Origin: Bacillales bacterium UBA2450
Lineage (GTDB): Bacteria; Bacillota_I; Bacilli_A; RFN20; CAG-826
DNA: 64,000 nucleotides
Direction: 5' to 3'
Assembly (NCBI GenBank): GCA_002342545.1
Contig: DDQE01000050.1
Span: 3,258 to 67,257, forward strand
Shown: piece after piece, positions 29,101-39,833 of the stretch
Numbering within the stretch: the stretch's first letter is position 1
Layout: every line of letters begins with the position of its first letter
Notes under the pieces: model-generated
Databases searched by the model: none
What the model saw: only the letters and a program-made list of their open reading frames with translations
What the model was told of the DNA's origin: nothing
Translations under genes and position numbers: made by a program

Positions 29101-31248
29101 ATGAAAAAGAAGAATGCCGACTTTGAACTTATTGATACTCCTAATGAAGTAGTCACTTCTGATGTTTCAGATGCGGATTTTGTCTTGCAACAAGCCGATG
29201 ATTCGATTCATGAACAAAAATTCCAAACTAAACCAACTACTTTCTTAAAAGACTCTTTAAAAAGATTTAGAAAAAATAAGAGTTCAGTGGTTGCTGCCTT
29301 CATTTTAGGCATTTTAATTCTTTTAGCAATCTTTGTTCCTATTTTTAACACTAACGATGTCAGTAACGCTGCTAACTCTGCTTTAAAGAACCTAGAACCT
29401 AAATTATTTAATGGTGGTGGATTCTGGGATGGAACTGTGACTGTTAGACATAAAGAAGTTGATTATGAGACAGGTTATCCTGATCCAACTTTATATTATA
29501 AAAGCGGTATTAGAAATTTAGTTAGAGAAGGTGAACACTTCACTAACGTTCCAAACGCCTTTGGTAAAGGCGGATATATTCAAACTGGATTCTATGGTGG
29601 ATATGGTATTGATCAGTCTTATTTATATTCCACAAACCCAATGGATAATTCCGCTGCGAATAAATTCGTTTTAGATTTAGAACAATCTCATTTAACTCTC
29701 ACCAATTTTGTTGCCATGGATGAAGATATGTTAAAAGAAGATTTAGGCAAAGACGGCGATATTCCTGAAAACTTTAAGTTAGGTTTAACAGGCTTACAAT
29801 TTGTCTATTATTATGATGAAGAAGAAAAGGCTATCGATTTAGTCGAACCAAGTCTTACTCATACAATTGGAATAGATGGCGGAGAATCCACTATTGAATT
29901 AAACGACTTAATTCTTGCTAATGAAGATCATTTAACTTCTTTTGAATCATTCTATTTCCGTTTTGTCACATCTAAAGATGCTGATATTACTGCTTCTGAC
30001 CATGTTTGTTCCTTAATTAAGAGCATGGTTATTACTACAGATTCTGATGACGATAAAGAACAAATCTATTTCTCGACTAAAGCTGATAAAGAAACTGGAA
30101 TTGAAGGAATTAGCTTTACTGATGCGATGAAGATGTCTGTTAGAAGTTTTGAAGTCGGTTCTGGTAGTAAACAACGCCGCAACTGTGGATATTGGAATAT
30201 TGAAAGCTCCACTAAGAATTTTAAAAACATTTATTTAGCTAAAGCAGTATACGCTTCATTTACTTATGATTCTTATTCCGCTACTTTAGGCGAAAGAGAA
30301 AATGTTCCTGTTAGTAGCTATGATGTTGAAAATTACAAAAGAAAAGGTTGGGTTGATTACACAATCGATATTATTTACGATGGTTCAACTCCAATTATTG
30401 ATCCTGATACATTTGAATTTGTAATTTTAAATGAAGCAAAATGTCCATTTATCAGAGCTCCAGAATATGAAGATGTCAAAGATGTATTCGTTACGGAAAG
30501 TGGTAGAGAAGGATTTACTATCTATGGCGACGTCATGTACTACAAATATCTTGGCTATGAAACAATGCCAAAATTCTTATTTGGCACTGATAAAAGTGGT
30601 AGAGACATGTTTAAATATGTCTTTGAAGGTTTAAGAAACTCCCTATTACTTGGTGTTTTGACTTTCGTAGTTTGCTTTATTATCGGACTTATTTGGGGCG
30701 CTATATCTGGATATTTTGGTGGAGCGGTTGACTTAATCATGGAACGTGTCACTGATATTTTAAGTGGAGTCCCTTGGATTGTTTTAATGACGATTATCAT
30801 ATTAAAAGCGGGTAGTAGTTTTGGAACTTTTGCCCTTGCATTATGTTTGACTGGTTGGATTGGTACTGCTAGTACCACTAGAACACAGTTCTATAGATTT
30901 AGAGGAAGAGAATATGTTTTAGCCTCTCGTACATTAGGGGCAAGTGACGCTCGATTAATTGCGAAACATATCTTACCTAATGCGATGGGTACGATTATCA
31001 CTGGTGCGGTCTTAATGATTCCTAGTGTTATCTTCTCTGAAGCGACTATTTCTTATTTAGGATTAGGCTTTAAGAATTTATCTTCTTTAGGTGTTATTTT
31101 ATCGAATAACCAATCTGAATTAACTAACCACCCATATCAATTAATATTCCCATCCGTAGTTATCGCTTTAGTGATGATTTCCTTTAACTTATTTGGTAAT
31201 GGCTTACGTGATGCGATTAACCCAAGTCTGAAAGGAGAAGGAGAATAA
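29101..31248 (+). CDS. oppC: Oligopeptide ABC transporter permease OppC with a roughly 500-aa N-terminal extracytoplasmic extension
   Basis: ATG at 29101, one base after the oppB stop. The conserved permease core (ASRTLGASDARLIAKHILPNA) is at the C-terminus. One N-terminal TM segment, then a long extracellular domain. Confidence 0.85.
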   Translation: MKKKNADFELIDTPNEVVTSDVSDADFVLQQADDSIHEQKFQTKPTTFLKDSLKRFRKNKSSVVAAFILGILILLAIFVPIFNTNDVSNAANSALKNLEPKLFNGGGFWDGTVTVRHKEVDYETGYPDPTLYYKSGIRNLVREGEHFTNVPNAFGKGGYIQTGFYGGYGIDQSYLYSTNPMDNSAANKFVLDLEQSHLTLTNFVAMDEDMLKEDLGKDGDIPENFKLGLTGLQFVYYYDEEEKAIDLVEPSLTHTIGIDGGESTIELNDLILANEDHLTSFESFYFRFVTSKDADITASDHVCSLIKSMVITTDSDDDKEQIYFSTKADKETGIEGISFTDAMKMSVRSFEVGSGSKQRRNCGYWNIESSTKNFKNIYLAKAVYASFTYDSYSATLGERENVPVSSYDVENYKRKGWVDYTIDIIYDGSTPIIDPDTFEFVILNEAKCPFIRAPEYEDVKDVFVTESGREGFTIYGDVMYYKYLGYETMPKFLFGTDKSGRDMFKYVFEGLRNSLLLGVLTFVVCFIIGLIWGAISGYFGGAVDLIMERVTDILSGVPWIVLMTIIILKAGSSFGTFALALCLTGWIGTASTTRTQFYRFRGREYVLASRTLGASDARLIAKHILPNAMGTIITGAVLMIPSVIFSEATISYLGLGFKNLSSLGVILSNNQSELTNHPYQLIFPSVVIALVMISFNLFGNGLRDAINPSLKGEGE

Positions 31249-32999
31249 TGGAAGAAAAACAAGTAGTGCTTTCCGTTAAAGATCTTAAGATTAATTTCTC
31301 AACAGACTATGGGTATGTTCAAGCTGTTAGAGGTGTCTCTTTTGACTTATATAAAGGTGAAACCTTATGTATCGTTGGTGAATCTGGTTCTGGTAAATCC
31401 GTCACTAATAAAGCAATCATGGGTATTTTAAGTGCCAATGGTCGTATTATGGGCGGCTCTATTATGTATGAAGGAGAAGACTTAACTAAAGTTAGTGAAG
31501 ACGAGTTCCATCGTATTAGAGGCCATAAAATTGGAATGATTTTCCAAGATCCTTTATCATCTTTAAACCCAATCGTTCGTATTGGCAAACAAATTACTGA
31601 AGCGATGTTAATTAATAACTCTAAACTCAAGAGAATGTTTAACGATAAAGTCGCTGATGAATTAGTAGCCTATAAAAACGCTCAAACAGAATATAAATCT
31701 TTATTAGCGGCTAGAAAAGAAAAATTAAAATTCACCAAAGGTGAAGCTAAAAAAGAAAAAACGAAAATTAAAAATGAACCTGGCTTATTTAAAAGTGGTC
31801 AATTCTATACTTTAAAAATTGAATATAATGGTAAAAAATCTCATATTAATGAGGAATATAAAGCTAAGATTAAATCTCTTTCAAAAGAAGAATTAGCTTC
31901 TCAAGGAGCAGCTTTAAAAGCGGAAAGAGATGAGCAAATCGCTAAAGTCAGCGAATGGTATAATTCTGAATCTTTAAGAATTAAAGAAGAATACGCTAAA
32001 TTAAAAGCGGAAGTTCCTCAAAAACTTAAAGATATTAAGGCTAATACTCAGAAAGAATATGTCTCAATTAAAGATGAATATAGTGAATCAAAATCTTCTT
32101 TAAAAGCGAAATTCGTTCCTTTAATTAAAGAAAATAAAGCAAAATACAAAGCTAGAAGTAAAGTTGCGAAAAAAGAAGTTAAAGAATATAAAAAAGAAGT
32201 TAAAGAAAAATATTTATATAAAGTTAACTACGCGAAATCATATTTAACTGATAAAAAAGAAATAAAAGAAACTTGTAAAAAAGCTAAAGAAGACTACATT
32301 TCTTCAATTAAAATCACCAAAGCTCAAGCTAAAGCTAGAGCCTTAAAGATTATGAAAGAAGTTGGTATTTCTAATCCTGAAAAGAGATTTAGACAATATC
32401 CATTTGAATTCTCTGGAGGTATGAGACAACGTATTGTTATCGCTATTGCCTTAACCGCTAATCCAGATATCTTAATTTGTGATGAACCAACAACTGCTTT
32501 AGACGTTACTATTCAGGCTCAAATTTTGGAATTAATTAATAGATTAAAAGAAGAGAGAAATATTTCTGTTATCTTTATTACTCACGATTTAGGTGTTGTG
32601 GCTAATATGGCTGACCGTGTTGCGGTTATGTACGCTGGTAAAATTGTTGAATACGGTACTGAAGATGATATCTTCTATGACCCACGTCATCCATATACCT
32701 GGGCGTTACTATCTTCTATTCCTGATATCGATAGTAAAGAAAAACTTGAAGCGATTCCAGGTACACCTCCAAATATGATTTATCCACCTAAGGGTGACGC
32801 TTTTGCTTTACGTAGTAAATATGCGATGGCTATTGACTTTAAAAAAGAGCCACCAATGTTTAAAATTAGCGATACTCACTATGCTGCGACTTGGTTACTT
32901 GATCCAAGAGCTCCTAAAGTGGAAATGCCTAAGATTGTGAAAACTCGTATTGAGAATTCTTTAAAGAATGCGAAGAAAGGAGTTAGTGTAGAAAAATAA
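31248..32999 (+). CDS. oppD: Oligopeptide ABC transporter ATPase OppD with a roughly 230-aa Lys-rich coiled-coil insertion
   Basis: Walker A GESGSGKSVT. The ABC signature FSGGMRQRIVIA and Walker B ILICDEPTTALD lie beyond a long KxxK/E-rich insert. Confidence 0.9.
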   Translation: MEEKQVVLSVKDLKINFSTDYGYVQAVRGVSFDLYKGETLCIVGESGSGKSVTNKAIMGILSANGRIMGGSIMYEGEDLTKVSEDEFHRIRGHKIGMIFQDPLSSLNPIVRIGKQITEAMLINNSKLKRMFNDKVADELVAYKNAQTEYKSLLAARKEKLKFTKGEAKKEKTKIKNEPGLFKSGQFYTLKIEYNGKKSHINEEYKAKIKSLSKEELASQGAALKAERDEQIAKVSEWYNSESLRIKEEYAKLKAEVPQKLKDIKANTQKEYVSIKDEYSESKSSLKAKFVPLIKENKAKYKARSKVAKKEVKEYKKEVKEKYLYKVNYAKSYLTDKKEIKETCKKAKEDYISSIKITKAQAKARALKIMKEVGISNPEKRFRQYPFEFSGGMRQRIVIAIALTANPDILICDEPTTALDVTIQAQILELINRLKEERNISVIFITHDLGVVANMADRVAVMYAGKIVEYGTEDDIFYDPRHPYTWALLSSIPDIDSKEKLEAIPGTPPNMIYPPKGDAFALRSKYAMAIDFKKEPPMFKISDTHYAATWLLDPRAPKVEMPKIVKTRIENSLKNAKKGVSVEK

Positions 33000-33001
33000 T
33001 T

Positions 33002-34519
33002 ATGAATTTTATTAATAGCTCCATTTATCGCATTAAGGCGAAATATAAGCCGAGAAAACCAACATTTAGACCTGAACTTAATGAACAAGGAATTGAACTT
33101 TCTGTTCGTCATTTAAAGCAGTTCTTTAAGTTTGGCCATGGTCGTAGTGCTTTTAAAACTAAAGCTGTTCATGATGTCTCCTTTGATATTAAGAAGGGTG
33201 AATGTTTTGGAGTTGTTGGAGAATCTGGATGTGGTAAAACTACAACTGGTCGTTCTTTAATTAGACTATATAACATTACTTCTGGTTCTGTTTATTTTGA
33301 AGGTAGAAGAACTTCTGCTGGATCTAGATGGAATGAAAAAGAAATTAAATGGACCAAAATTAGAGGCCGAAGAAAAATTAAAGAATTAAAGAAAGAATTA
33401 GCCTCTGAATTAGAAAAAGTATTAGACACAACCGGCTTAATTCCAGAAATCGAAAAGATTAATGATGAATTATCTAATTTTGAAGCCGAAATTAAAGATA
33501 TCAAGTCTAGATATAAAGAAAGAATGGATCAAGCTTCTAATATTGAAGATGAAGAAGCTAAAGCTTTAAAATTCGAAGAAATTAATAAAGAGCATTCTTC
33601 GGAAATCGAAATTCGAAGAAAGAAGATGCTTGAATTAAGTGAAAAACTTAAAGAATATAAAGCGACTGTTAGAGCTTCTAAAAAGAAAAAGATTGATGAA
33701 CAAACTCAACAAACCGCGGATGCTTTAAAAGCGGAATATAAAAGTAAGATTCAAGCTGTTAAAGACCATATCGACGAAGTCGAAAAAGAGCAAATTGAAC
33801 AAATTGCTCAAATTAAATATGACAACAAACACGTCGATAAGAAATTAATGTCGAAGATGCAAATGATCTTCCAAGATCCTGTTGACTCATTAGACCCAAG
33901 AATGACTGTTGAAGATATCATTCAAGAAGGTTTACATATTCAAGGTCAATATAATAAATTCAAGAACTCTCAAAAAGTTAGAGATGTTCTTATTAAAGTT
34001 GGTTTACTTCCAGAATATGCTTCTAGATATCCTCATGAATTCTCTGGTGGACAAAGACAACGTATTGGTATTGCTCGTGCTTTAGTAATGAATCCTAGAT
34101 TCTTAATTTGTGATGAGCCTATTAGTGCGCTTGACGTCTCTATTAGAGCCCAAATCATTAACTTATTAAATGATTTAAAAGAAGAAATGGGTTTAACTAT
34201 TATGTTTATTGCTCATGACTTGTCGGTTGTTAAATATTTCTGTGATCGAATCGCGGTTATGTATTATGGAGAAATTGTGGAACTCGCTAGTAGTGATGAA
34301 CTATTTGCTCACCCACTTCACCCATATACCCACGCTTTACTTTCTGCTATTCCTAAACCAGATCCACTAAGTGAAAAGAAGAGAACTAGATATGTCTATA
34401 TTCCTGCTAATGAGCATGATTATTCTAAAGAAGCCCCTAAACTTGTTGAGATTACTCCAGGTCACTGGGTCTTAGCGAACTCTGTTGAATTAGAGAAATA
34501 TAAAGAAAAACTTAAATAG
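33002..34519 (+). CDS. oppF: Oligopeptide ABC transporter ATPase OppF with a roughly 200-aa coiled-coil insertion
   Basis: Walker A GESGCGKTTT. Signature FSGGQRQRIGIARAL and Walker B FLICDEPISALD come after the insert. Confidence 0.9.
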   Translation: MNFINSSIYRIKAKYKPRKPTFRPELNEQGIELSVRHLKQFFKFGHGRSAFKTKAVHDVSFDIKKGECFGVVGESGCGKTTTGRSLIRLYNITSGSVYFEGRRTSAGSRWNEKEIKWTKIRGRRKIKELKKELASELEKVLDTTGLIPEIEKINDELSNFEAEIKDIKSRYKERMDQASNIEDEEAKALKFEEINKEHSSEIEIRRKKMLELSEKLKEYKATVRASKKKKIDEQTQQTADALKAEYKSKIQAVKDHIDEVEKEQIEQIAQIKYDNKHVDKKLMSKMQMIFQDPVDSLDPRMTVEDIIQEGLHIQGQYNKFKNSQKVRDVLIKVGLLPEYASRYPHEFSGGQRQRIGIARALVMNPRFLICDEPISALDVSIRAQIINLLNDLKEEMGLTIMFIAHDLSVVKYFCDRIAVMYYGEIVELASSDELFAHPLHPYTHALLSAIPKPDPLSEKKRTRYVYIPANEHDYSKEAPKLVEITPGHWVLANSVELEKYKEKLK

Positions 34520-34526
34520 TTCGATG

Positions 34527-34557
34527 AAGCCAAGAAAAAAACTTGGCTTTTTATTTT
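34527..34557 (+). terminator. Rho-independent terminator after oppF
   Basis: aagccaag-aaaaaaa-cttggctt followed by a T-run. Confidence 0.7.
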
Positions 34558-34740
34558 CAAAAACGCCCATAGAAAGCGTATATTGCATTTTTTTATAATT
34601 GACTAAAATGTTAATTTAAATAATTATTACATAATATAGAATTATATATTAATATATATATGCAAAAGAAATATAGGACATAACTCTGTGTTGGAAGGTT
34701 TTATAGCCCTTTGTTATTTTTGCGCCTATAGGACAACATT

Positions 34741-37700
34741 ATGAAAAAGAACAAAATTGCACTTATTTTATCATCTCTTGCACTTGCTTTAAGTGTGGGA
34801 ACTTTTATTGGTGTTAGTCACACTAATAATGAAGCTAAAGTGGCGTTTGCTACTTACACTAACGGAGATGGAGCGACTTATTATAGCGGTATTAGTGATT
34901 CCCTTGAAGGCGAATCTCTCAGAAGCGCTCTTCACTCATTAAATACTTCTAAACGAAAATCTACAGTGGGATATTCTGCAATGGGTACTTCTCCTGCTGG
35001 ACAATTTAAATACACTGATTACGTTACTAGTTCAGTAAAATACGATAGTAACGGACAACCTTATGGAGATCAAATTGTCTCTTTCTATTCTGGAAATGCG
35101 ACAACTAAATTTAATAGAGAACATGTTTGGCCTAATAGCCATGGCGGAAACGCTACTGAAAACGATATTCATATGCCTAGACCAACTATTGAAGCAGAAA
35201 ATGGCTCTAGAGGTAACTCTTTCTACGTAGAAGGAAAAAAATCTGGTACTGCTGGTTGGGATCCTGCCATGGAAAGTTTTGGAGAAGAATCATATAGAGG
35301 AGATTCTGCTCGTATTATTTTTTACTGCATGATTGCAGAAACTAAATATCAGTTAATAGAAGCTGATTCTCATTCAACATCAAATAGCAACAAAGACTAT
35401 ATGATGGGCAAACTATCTGATTTGATTAAATGGAATATTAACTATCCTGTTTTAGATAGAGAACAAAGAAGAAACGAAGGTGCTGAATACCTTCAAGGTA
35501 ATAGAAACCCATTTATCGATCACCCAGAATACGCTTGTAAGATTTGGGGTAATACAAACTCTACTACAAAAGCCTTATGTGCTAATGCCACTTATCCATC
35601 TGTTGCTCATACTGTCGGAATTAGAGTAGATGATGGTTATAATATTGCAACTACCAACTCAACTGCTTATACATTAAAAGTTGGTGACACAGTTAATTTC
35701 TTACCATTTGTTGATGGTGCATATAACGCTTCTGTTAGTTGGTCATTAACTGATTATTCTGTTGCAAGTTCTACTTACTATAGTAGAGGTAGCTACACTA
35801 ACGGAGTAACTATTGAAGGTCTTTCTGAAGGTGTTTCTACTTTAATGCTTACCTATTCTTACGATGATAACGGCACCGCTAAAACCGCAACCGCTCAAGT
35901 TCTTATCACTGTTAATTCTAGTGGTGGAGGAAGTGGAGAAGGTGGCGGAGACGCTAGCGATGTTGATAACGTAAAGACCGCAACTTATACAGTTTCTTCT
36001 ACTAGCGCTGTAACTTCTAGTGGTACAGTTCCTTCTGGTAGTAGCGCTAGCTATAGTCAAACTTATAGCACTAAAGGACAAATTACTTCTGGCAAAAACG
36101 CTATTTTAACTTTATCTGGATACGATGGGAAAGTTATCACTGGTATTACATTAAACATGAAATCTAATGGTTCTAGTGGTGGAGGTAGCTTTACCGCTGT
36201 AGTGGGTTCTACTAATTTAGCCAATACTTCTGGCGGATTTAACTCCTGGTACGATAATGATAGTTATGGCACTTCTTATCGAGATGTTCATGTCTCATTG
36301 ACTAATGACACTCATATTACTGGTACTGGTGAAAACATTACTTTAACTATCACTGGTTCTACTAATTCCTTATATATTAACAGTTACACAATTACTTATG
36401 GTGACCCATCTAGTGGTGGAGTTGATCCTGAAGAAGTGGTTCTTTCTTCTATTTCTGTTAGCGGAATGACTACGACATATGAAGTCGGAGACACATTCTC
36501 TTTTGATGGAATATTAAAAGCCACTTATAGTGATGGCAATATTGAAACTGTTATTCCTGATAGTGTATCTACTCCAGATATGTCTACAAGTGGTAATAAA
36601 ACAATCACCGTGACATATAGTTCAGGAGATATCACTAAAACCACATCTTATACTATTTATGTTGCTGAGAAGCAATTAGTGCTTAGTTCTATTGAATTAA
36701 ACGGTCAAACCACTAGCTACTATGTTGGCGATAAATTTTCTTTTACTGGTACATGTACTGCTAGATATGTAGATACGGTCGCTGGCAAAAATGTCACCCC
36801 AACATCTGTTAGCACACCTGACATGACTACAGCTGGAAATAAAACTATTACAGTTAGTTATACTGAAAACGGAGTTACTAAGACTGCTACATATACGATT
36901 AGTGTTCAAGCAGTTACATTAACTTCTATTACTTTAGGTGGTTTAACCACTGAATATTATGTTGGTGATTCTTTAGTTAAACCAACAGTTACCGCTACTT
37001 ATAATAACGGCACAACTGCAGTAGTTACTGAACAAGCGACATTTGCTGGATTTGATTCTAGCGCCGCAGTTAGTAGTCAAACTATTACTGTATCTTTTGG
37101 AGGACTAAGTAAAACATACACAGTTTCTATTAGTGAGAAACCTGCTCCTAGTGAAAGTGGATATGTTAAAGTCACATCTACTAGTGATGTTACTGCTGGA
37201 GATTATTTAATAGTCTATGAAGCAGGCAATGTTGCTTTTAACGGTGGATTATCAACTTTAGACGCCACTAAAAATACCATTTCTGTTACCATTTCAGACG
37301 GAGTTATTGAATCTAACGCTACAACAAATGCTGCAAAGTTTACTCTAGCAAGTTATGATTCTGGATTTTCTATTCGTTCTGCTAGTGGTCTTTATATAAA
37401 TAGATCATCAAACAGCAATGGTATGGAAACAAGTTCTTCGCCTATGAAAAATACTGTTACAATTTCTAGCAGCAATGCTTCTATTGTCGGTTCAGGTGGA
37501 GCGTCTCTTAAATATAACAATGCTTCTGATCAAGCAAGATTTAGATATTATAAAACCTCATCAAATCAAAATGCTGTTCAACTTTATAAGCTTCAATCTG
37601 GCTCAACTCCTGTTAGTGAAAAAGTTGTGACTTCTATTTCAATTAGTGATGCAAAAACTTCTTATGTTCAAGGCGACGCGTTTGTTAAGCCAACAGTTAC

Positions 37701-38931
37701 CGCTCATTATGATGATGGAAGTAGTGCGGTTGTGACTACTGCCTCATTCAGTGGTTATAATATGCAAGAAGTTGGTAATCAAACAGTTACCGCTTACTAT
37801 ACAGAAAACGGAGTTACTGTTTCTGCTACATATTCAATTAATGTCGCTATGAACACCACGGTAACGACCCCATTATACAAGTTCTATGACGGATCAATTA
37901 CATTAAAAACTAAACGATCCGATTTAACCAATAATGATTGGTATGATATTGAAGGTGTTGTTGTCGGAATTAATGGTTATCAATATTGTATTCAACAAGG
38001 TGATTATGGAATTCTTGTCTATAACGAAATTGATAAATACGGCAATGAATATTTATACACTTACTATAATGGCATTTCTATTGGGGACCATGTTATTATT
38101 CATGCACGTGTCTATTCTTATGGTGGACTAATTGAAACTAACTCTAGAGACAACGCTCAATCTGTTGCTAAAGTTGGAGTCTCACCTTTACCAGACGCTG
38201 TTGAATTTGATTCTGTTTCTTCGTTTATGTCTTATAGACCAAGTGTTCGTGTTTCTTTATCTAACATTGGTTTTGATCAAACTAATTTAGATGCGATAGC
38301 GGCTTTATCAGAATCAACTACTGAAGATATCAAATTAACTGCTAGAGATGTTAATCATACTGGTGATACTGTTACAATTTTTATTCATAGGTCTATTCCT
38401 AACATCCCATCAATCGTTCAAAAGCTTAAAACAATAACTGCAGATGATACTCTCGACTTTGTTAGATGTTATATTTCGTATTATAACGGTAATCAAATCT
38501 CTTTAAGTTCTGCTGATCAAATTGTGATTCATACTCCAAGCGAAGATAAACTCGCTGCCTGGGGTGTTAACTACTTATTTATTGGTGATCCAGCATATGA
38601 TGGAGATGGAACTGGTGCATGTAAAACCGCTAACTTATATAAAGATGCTAAAACCGCTTTATTAGCCTTAGAAAGTGAACAATCTGGAATCATCGAAACT
38701 TTACAAAGTGATAGTGCTTATGAAGCCGAACTTGCTAGATACCTTGCTTGGGCTAGAGCATGTGCAGATTCCGCTCCGTTTGTTAATGATTTCACATTTA
38801 TGAATAATGCTAGAACTAATTCATTTACCGATATTAGCGAAAATGGAACAATGATGATTGTTGTTGTTATTGCTACAATTTCCGCTTTAGCGTTTACTAC
38901 CTTATTAGTTATTAAAAAGAAAAGAAAATAA
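34741..38931 (+). CDS. Membrane-anchored surface nuclease: N-terminal Endonuclease-I-family domain, several Big_3 Ig-like repeats, OB-fold-like module and C-terminal TM anchor
   Basis: Signal peptide. The Endonuclease_1-like motifs are REHVWPNSHGG and QGNRNPFIDHPEYA. Big_3 repeats (for example TTYEVGDTFSFDGILKATYSDGN...TITVTYSSGD). C-terminal GVVVGINGYQYCIQQGDYGILVY resembles the OB-fold of YhcR/ExeM-type nucleases. Ends in a hydrophobic helix followed by KKKRK. Confidence 0.65.
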   Translation: MKKNKIALILSSLALALSVGTFIGVSHTNNEAKVAFATYTNGDGATYYSGISDSLEGESLRSALHSLNTSKRKSTVGYSAMGTSPAGQFKYTDYVTSSVKYDSNGQPYGDQIVSFYSGNATTKFNREHVWPNSHGGNATENDIHMPRPTIEAENGSRGNSFYVEGKKSGTAGWDPAMESFGEESYRGDSARIIFYCMIAETKYQLIEADSHSTSNSNKDYMMGKLSDLIKWNINYPVLDREQRRNEGAEYLQGNRNPFIDHPEYACKIWGNTNSTTKALCANATYPSVAHTVGIRVDDGYNIATTNSTAYTLKVGDTVNFLPFVDGAYNASVSWSLTDYSVASSTYYSRGSYTNGVTIEGLSEGVSTLMLTYSYDDNGTAKTATAQVLITVNSSGGGSGEGGGDASDVDNVKTATYTVSSTSAVTSSGTVPSGSSASYSQTYSTKGQITSGKNAILTLSGYDGKVITGITLNMKSNGSSGGGSFTAVVGSTNLANTSGGFNSWYDNDSYGTSYRDVHVSLTNDTHITGTGENITLTITGSTNSLYINSYTITYGDPSSGGVDPEEVVLSSISVSGMTTTYEVGDTFSFDGILKATYSDGNIETVIPDSVSTPDMSTSGNKTITVTYSSGDITKTTSYTIYVAEKQLVLSSIELNGQTTSYYVGDKFSFTGTCTARYVDTVAGKNVTPTSVSTPDMTTAGNKTITVSYTENGVTKTATYTISVQAVTLTSITLGGLTTEYYVGDSLVKPTVTATYNNGTTAVVTEQATFAGFDSSAAVSSQTITVSFGGLSKTYTVSISEKPAPSESGYVKVTSTSDVTAGDYLIVYEAGNVAFNGGLSTLDATKNTISVTISDGVIESNATTNAAKFTLASYDSGFSIRSASGLYINRSSNSNGMETSSSPMKNTVTISSSNASIVGSGGASLKYNNASDQARFRYYKTSSNQNAVQLYKLQSGSTPVSEKVVTSISISDAKTSYVQGDAFVKPTVTAHYDDGSSAVVTTASFSGYNMQEVGNQTVTAYYTENGVTVSATYSINVAMNTTVTTPLYKFYDGSITLKTKRSDLTNNDWYDIEGVVVGINGYQYCIQQGDYGILVYNEIDKYGNEYLYTYYNGISIGDHVIIHARVYSYGGLIETNSRDNAQSVAKVGVSPLPDAVEFDSVSSFMSYRPSVRVSLSNIGFDQTNLDAIAALSESTTEDIKLTARDVNHTGDTVTIFIHRSIPNIPSIVQKLKTITADDTLDFVRCYISYYNGNQISLSSADQIVIHTPSEDKLAAWGVNYLFIGDPAYDGDGTGACKTANLYKDAKTALLALESEQSGIIETLQSDSAYEAELARYLAWARACADSAPFVNDFTFMNNARTNSFTDISENGTMMIVVVIATISALAFTTLLVIKKKRK

Positions 38932-38934
38932 TTG

Positions 38935-39819
38935 ATGAATAAAATACTTAGATTGACATCATTATTAGCCTTATCGACATTTATGATGGTGAGCTGTGGA
39001 GAAAATACTACTTCTCCTAGTGAACAACCTAGTGAAGATCCTGAAAAATATGCAGGATATATGTATTTTAATTTTTACCGTATTGATATTCTAAAAAACG
39101 ATAAAAATAAGCATTATTTAAATCCTGGAATTAAAGATAAGGATAACCAAGATATTGATGTCAGTGACTTTCCATTTACATTTTCTTTTGACAGTTCTTT
39201 AGTAGATGTTTCTAAATATGGCGGCATATCCTCTAAAGGAAGTAATATAGGTAGCACGGTTATTACTTGTATATACACTGTTAATCCTGATATTAAAGCT
39301 AGCTGCACAGTGAATATTGTTGATTCTTTACCAACTAAAGAAAAAGCTTGGGTGAGAGTAGATGATTATGATTCTTTAAGTGATGGTGATATTTTAGCAA
39401 TGGCGGCCCCTGAATACGGGTTAACTGCAAGTTTAGACACTCTTTCTTCTAAATTAAATCCAGTTACCTCTACATTTAGTAGCGATAAGAAAACTATTAC
39501 TTCTTTAGGAGAAGGCACAATTGAATTTTATTTAGGTATTGAAGAAAAAGGCATGACTTTAGAAGCGCAAAATAATCAATACTTAGTTTGTACTCATCAA
39601 GGTAAAGTAAAATTAGATGCCTCTACAAAAACCAATAGATTTTGGGATATCCACGCTAATTATGATTTAGAAGATGGAGTGGTTATAGAAAATGACGTTG
39701 AGAGTTTAGGCTATTTTATGTATAACGTCAGCCAAAACTATTTTTCCACTTATGTTGATAACAGCATTTCTGAATACATGAAATTGCCATTTATATATAG
39801 ATTAGAAGAAGTAAATTAA
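38935..39819 (+). CDS. Lipoprotein of unknown function, co-transcribed between the nuclease and subtilase 2
   Basis: Lipobox FMMVSC-GEN. ATG at 38935, 3 nt after the nuclease stop. The track's TTG at 38932 is less likely. 294 aa. Confidence 0.6.
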   Translation: MNKILRLTSLLALSTFMMVSCGENTTSPSEQPSEDPEKYAGYMYFNFYRIDILKNDKNKHYLNPGIKDKDNQDIDVSDFPFTFSFDSSLVDVSKYGGISSKGSNIGSTVITCIYTVNPDIKASCTVNIVDSLPTKEKAWVRVDDYDSLSDGDILAMAAPEYGLTASLDTLSSKLNPVTSTFSSDKKTITSLGEGTIEFYLGIEEKGMTLEAQNNQYLVCTHQGKVKLDASTKTNRFWDIHANYDLEDGVVIENDVESLGYFMYNVSQNYFSTYVDNSISEYMKLPFIYRLEEVN

Positions 39820-39833
39820 GACTGGAGTTTATT

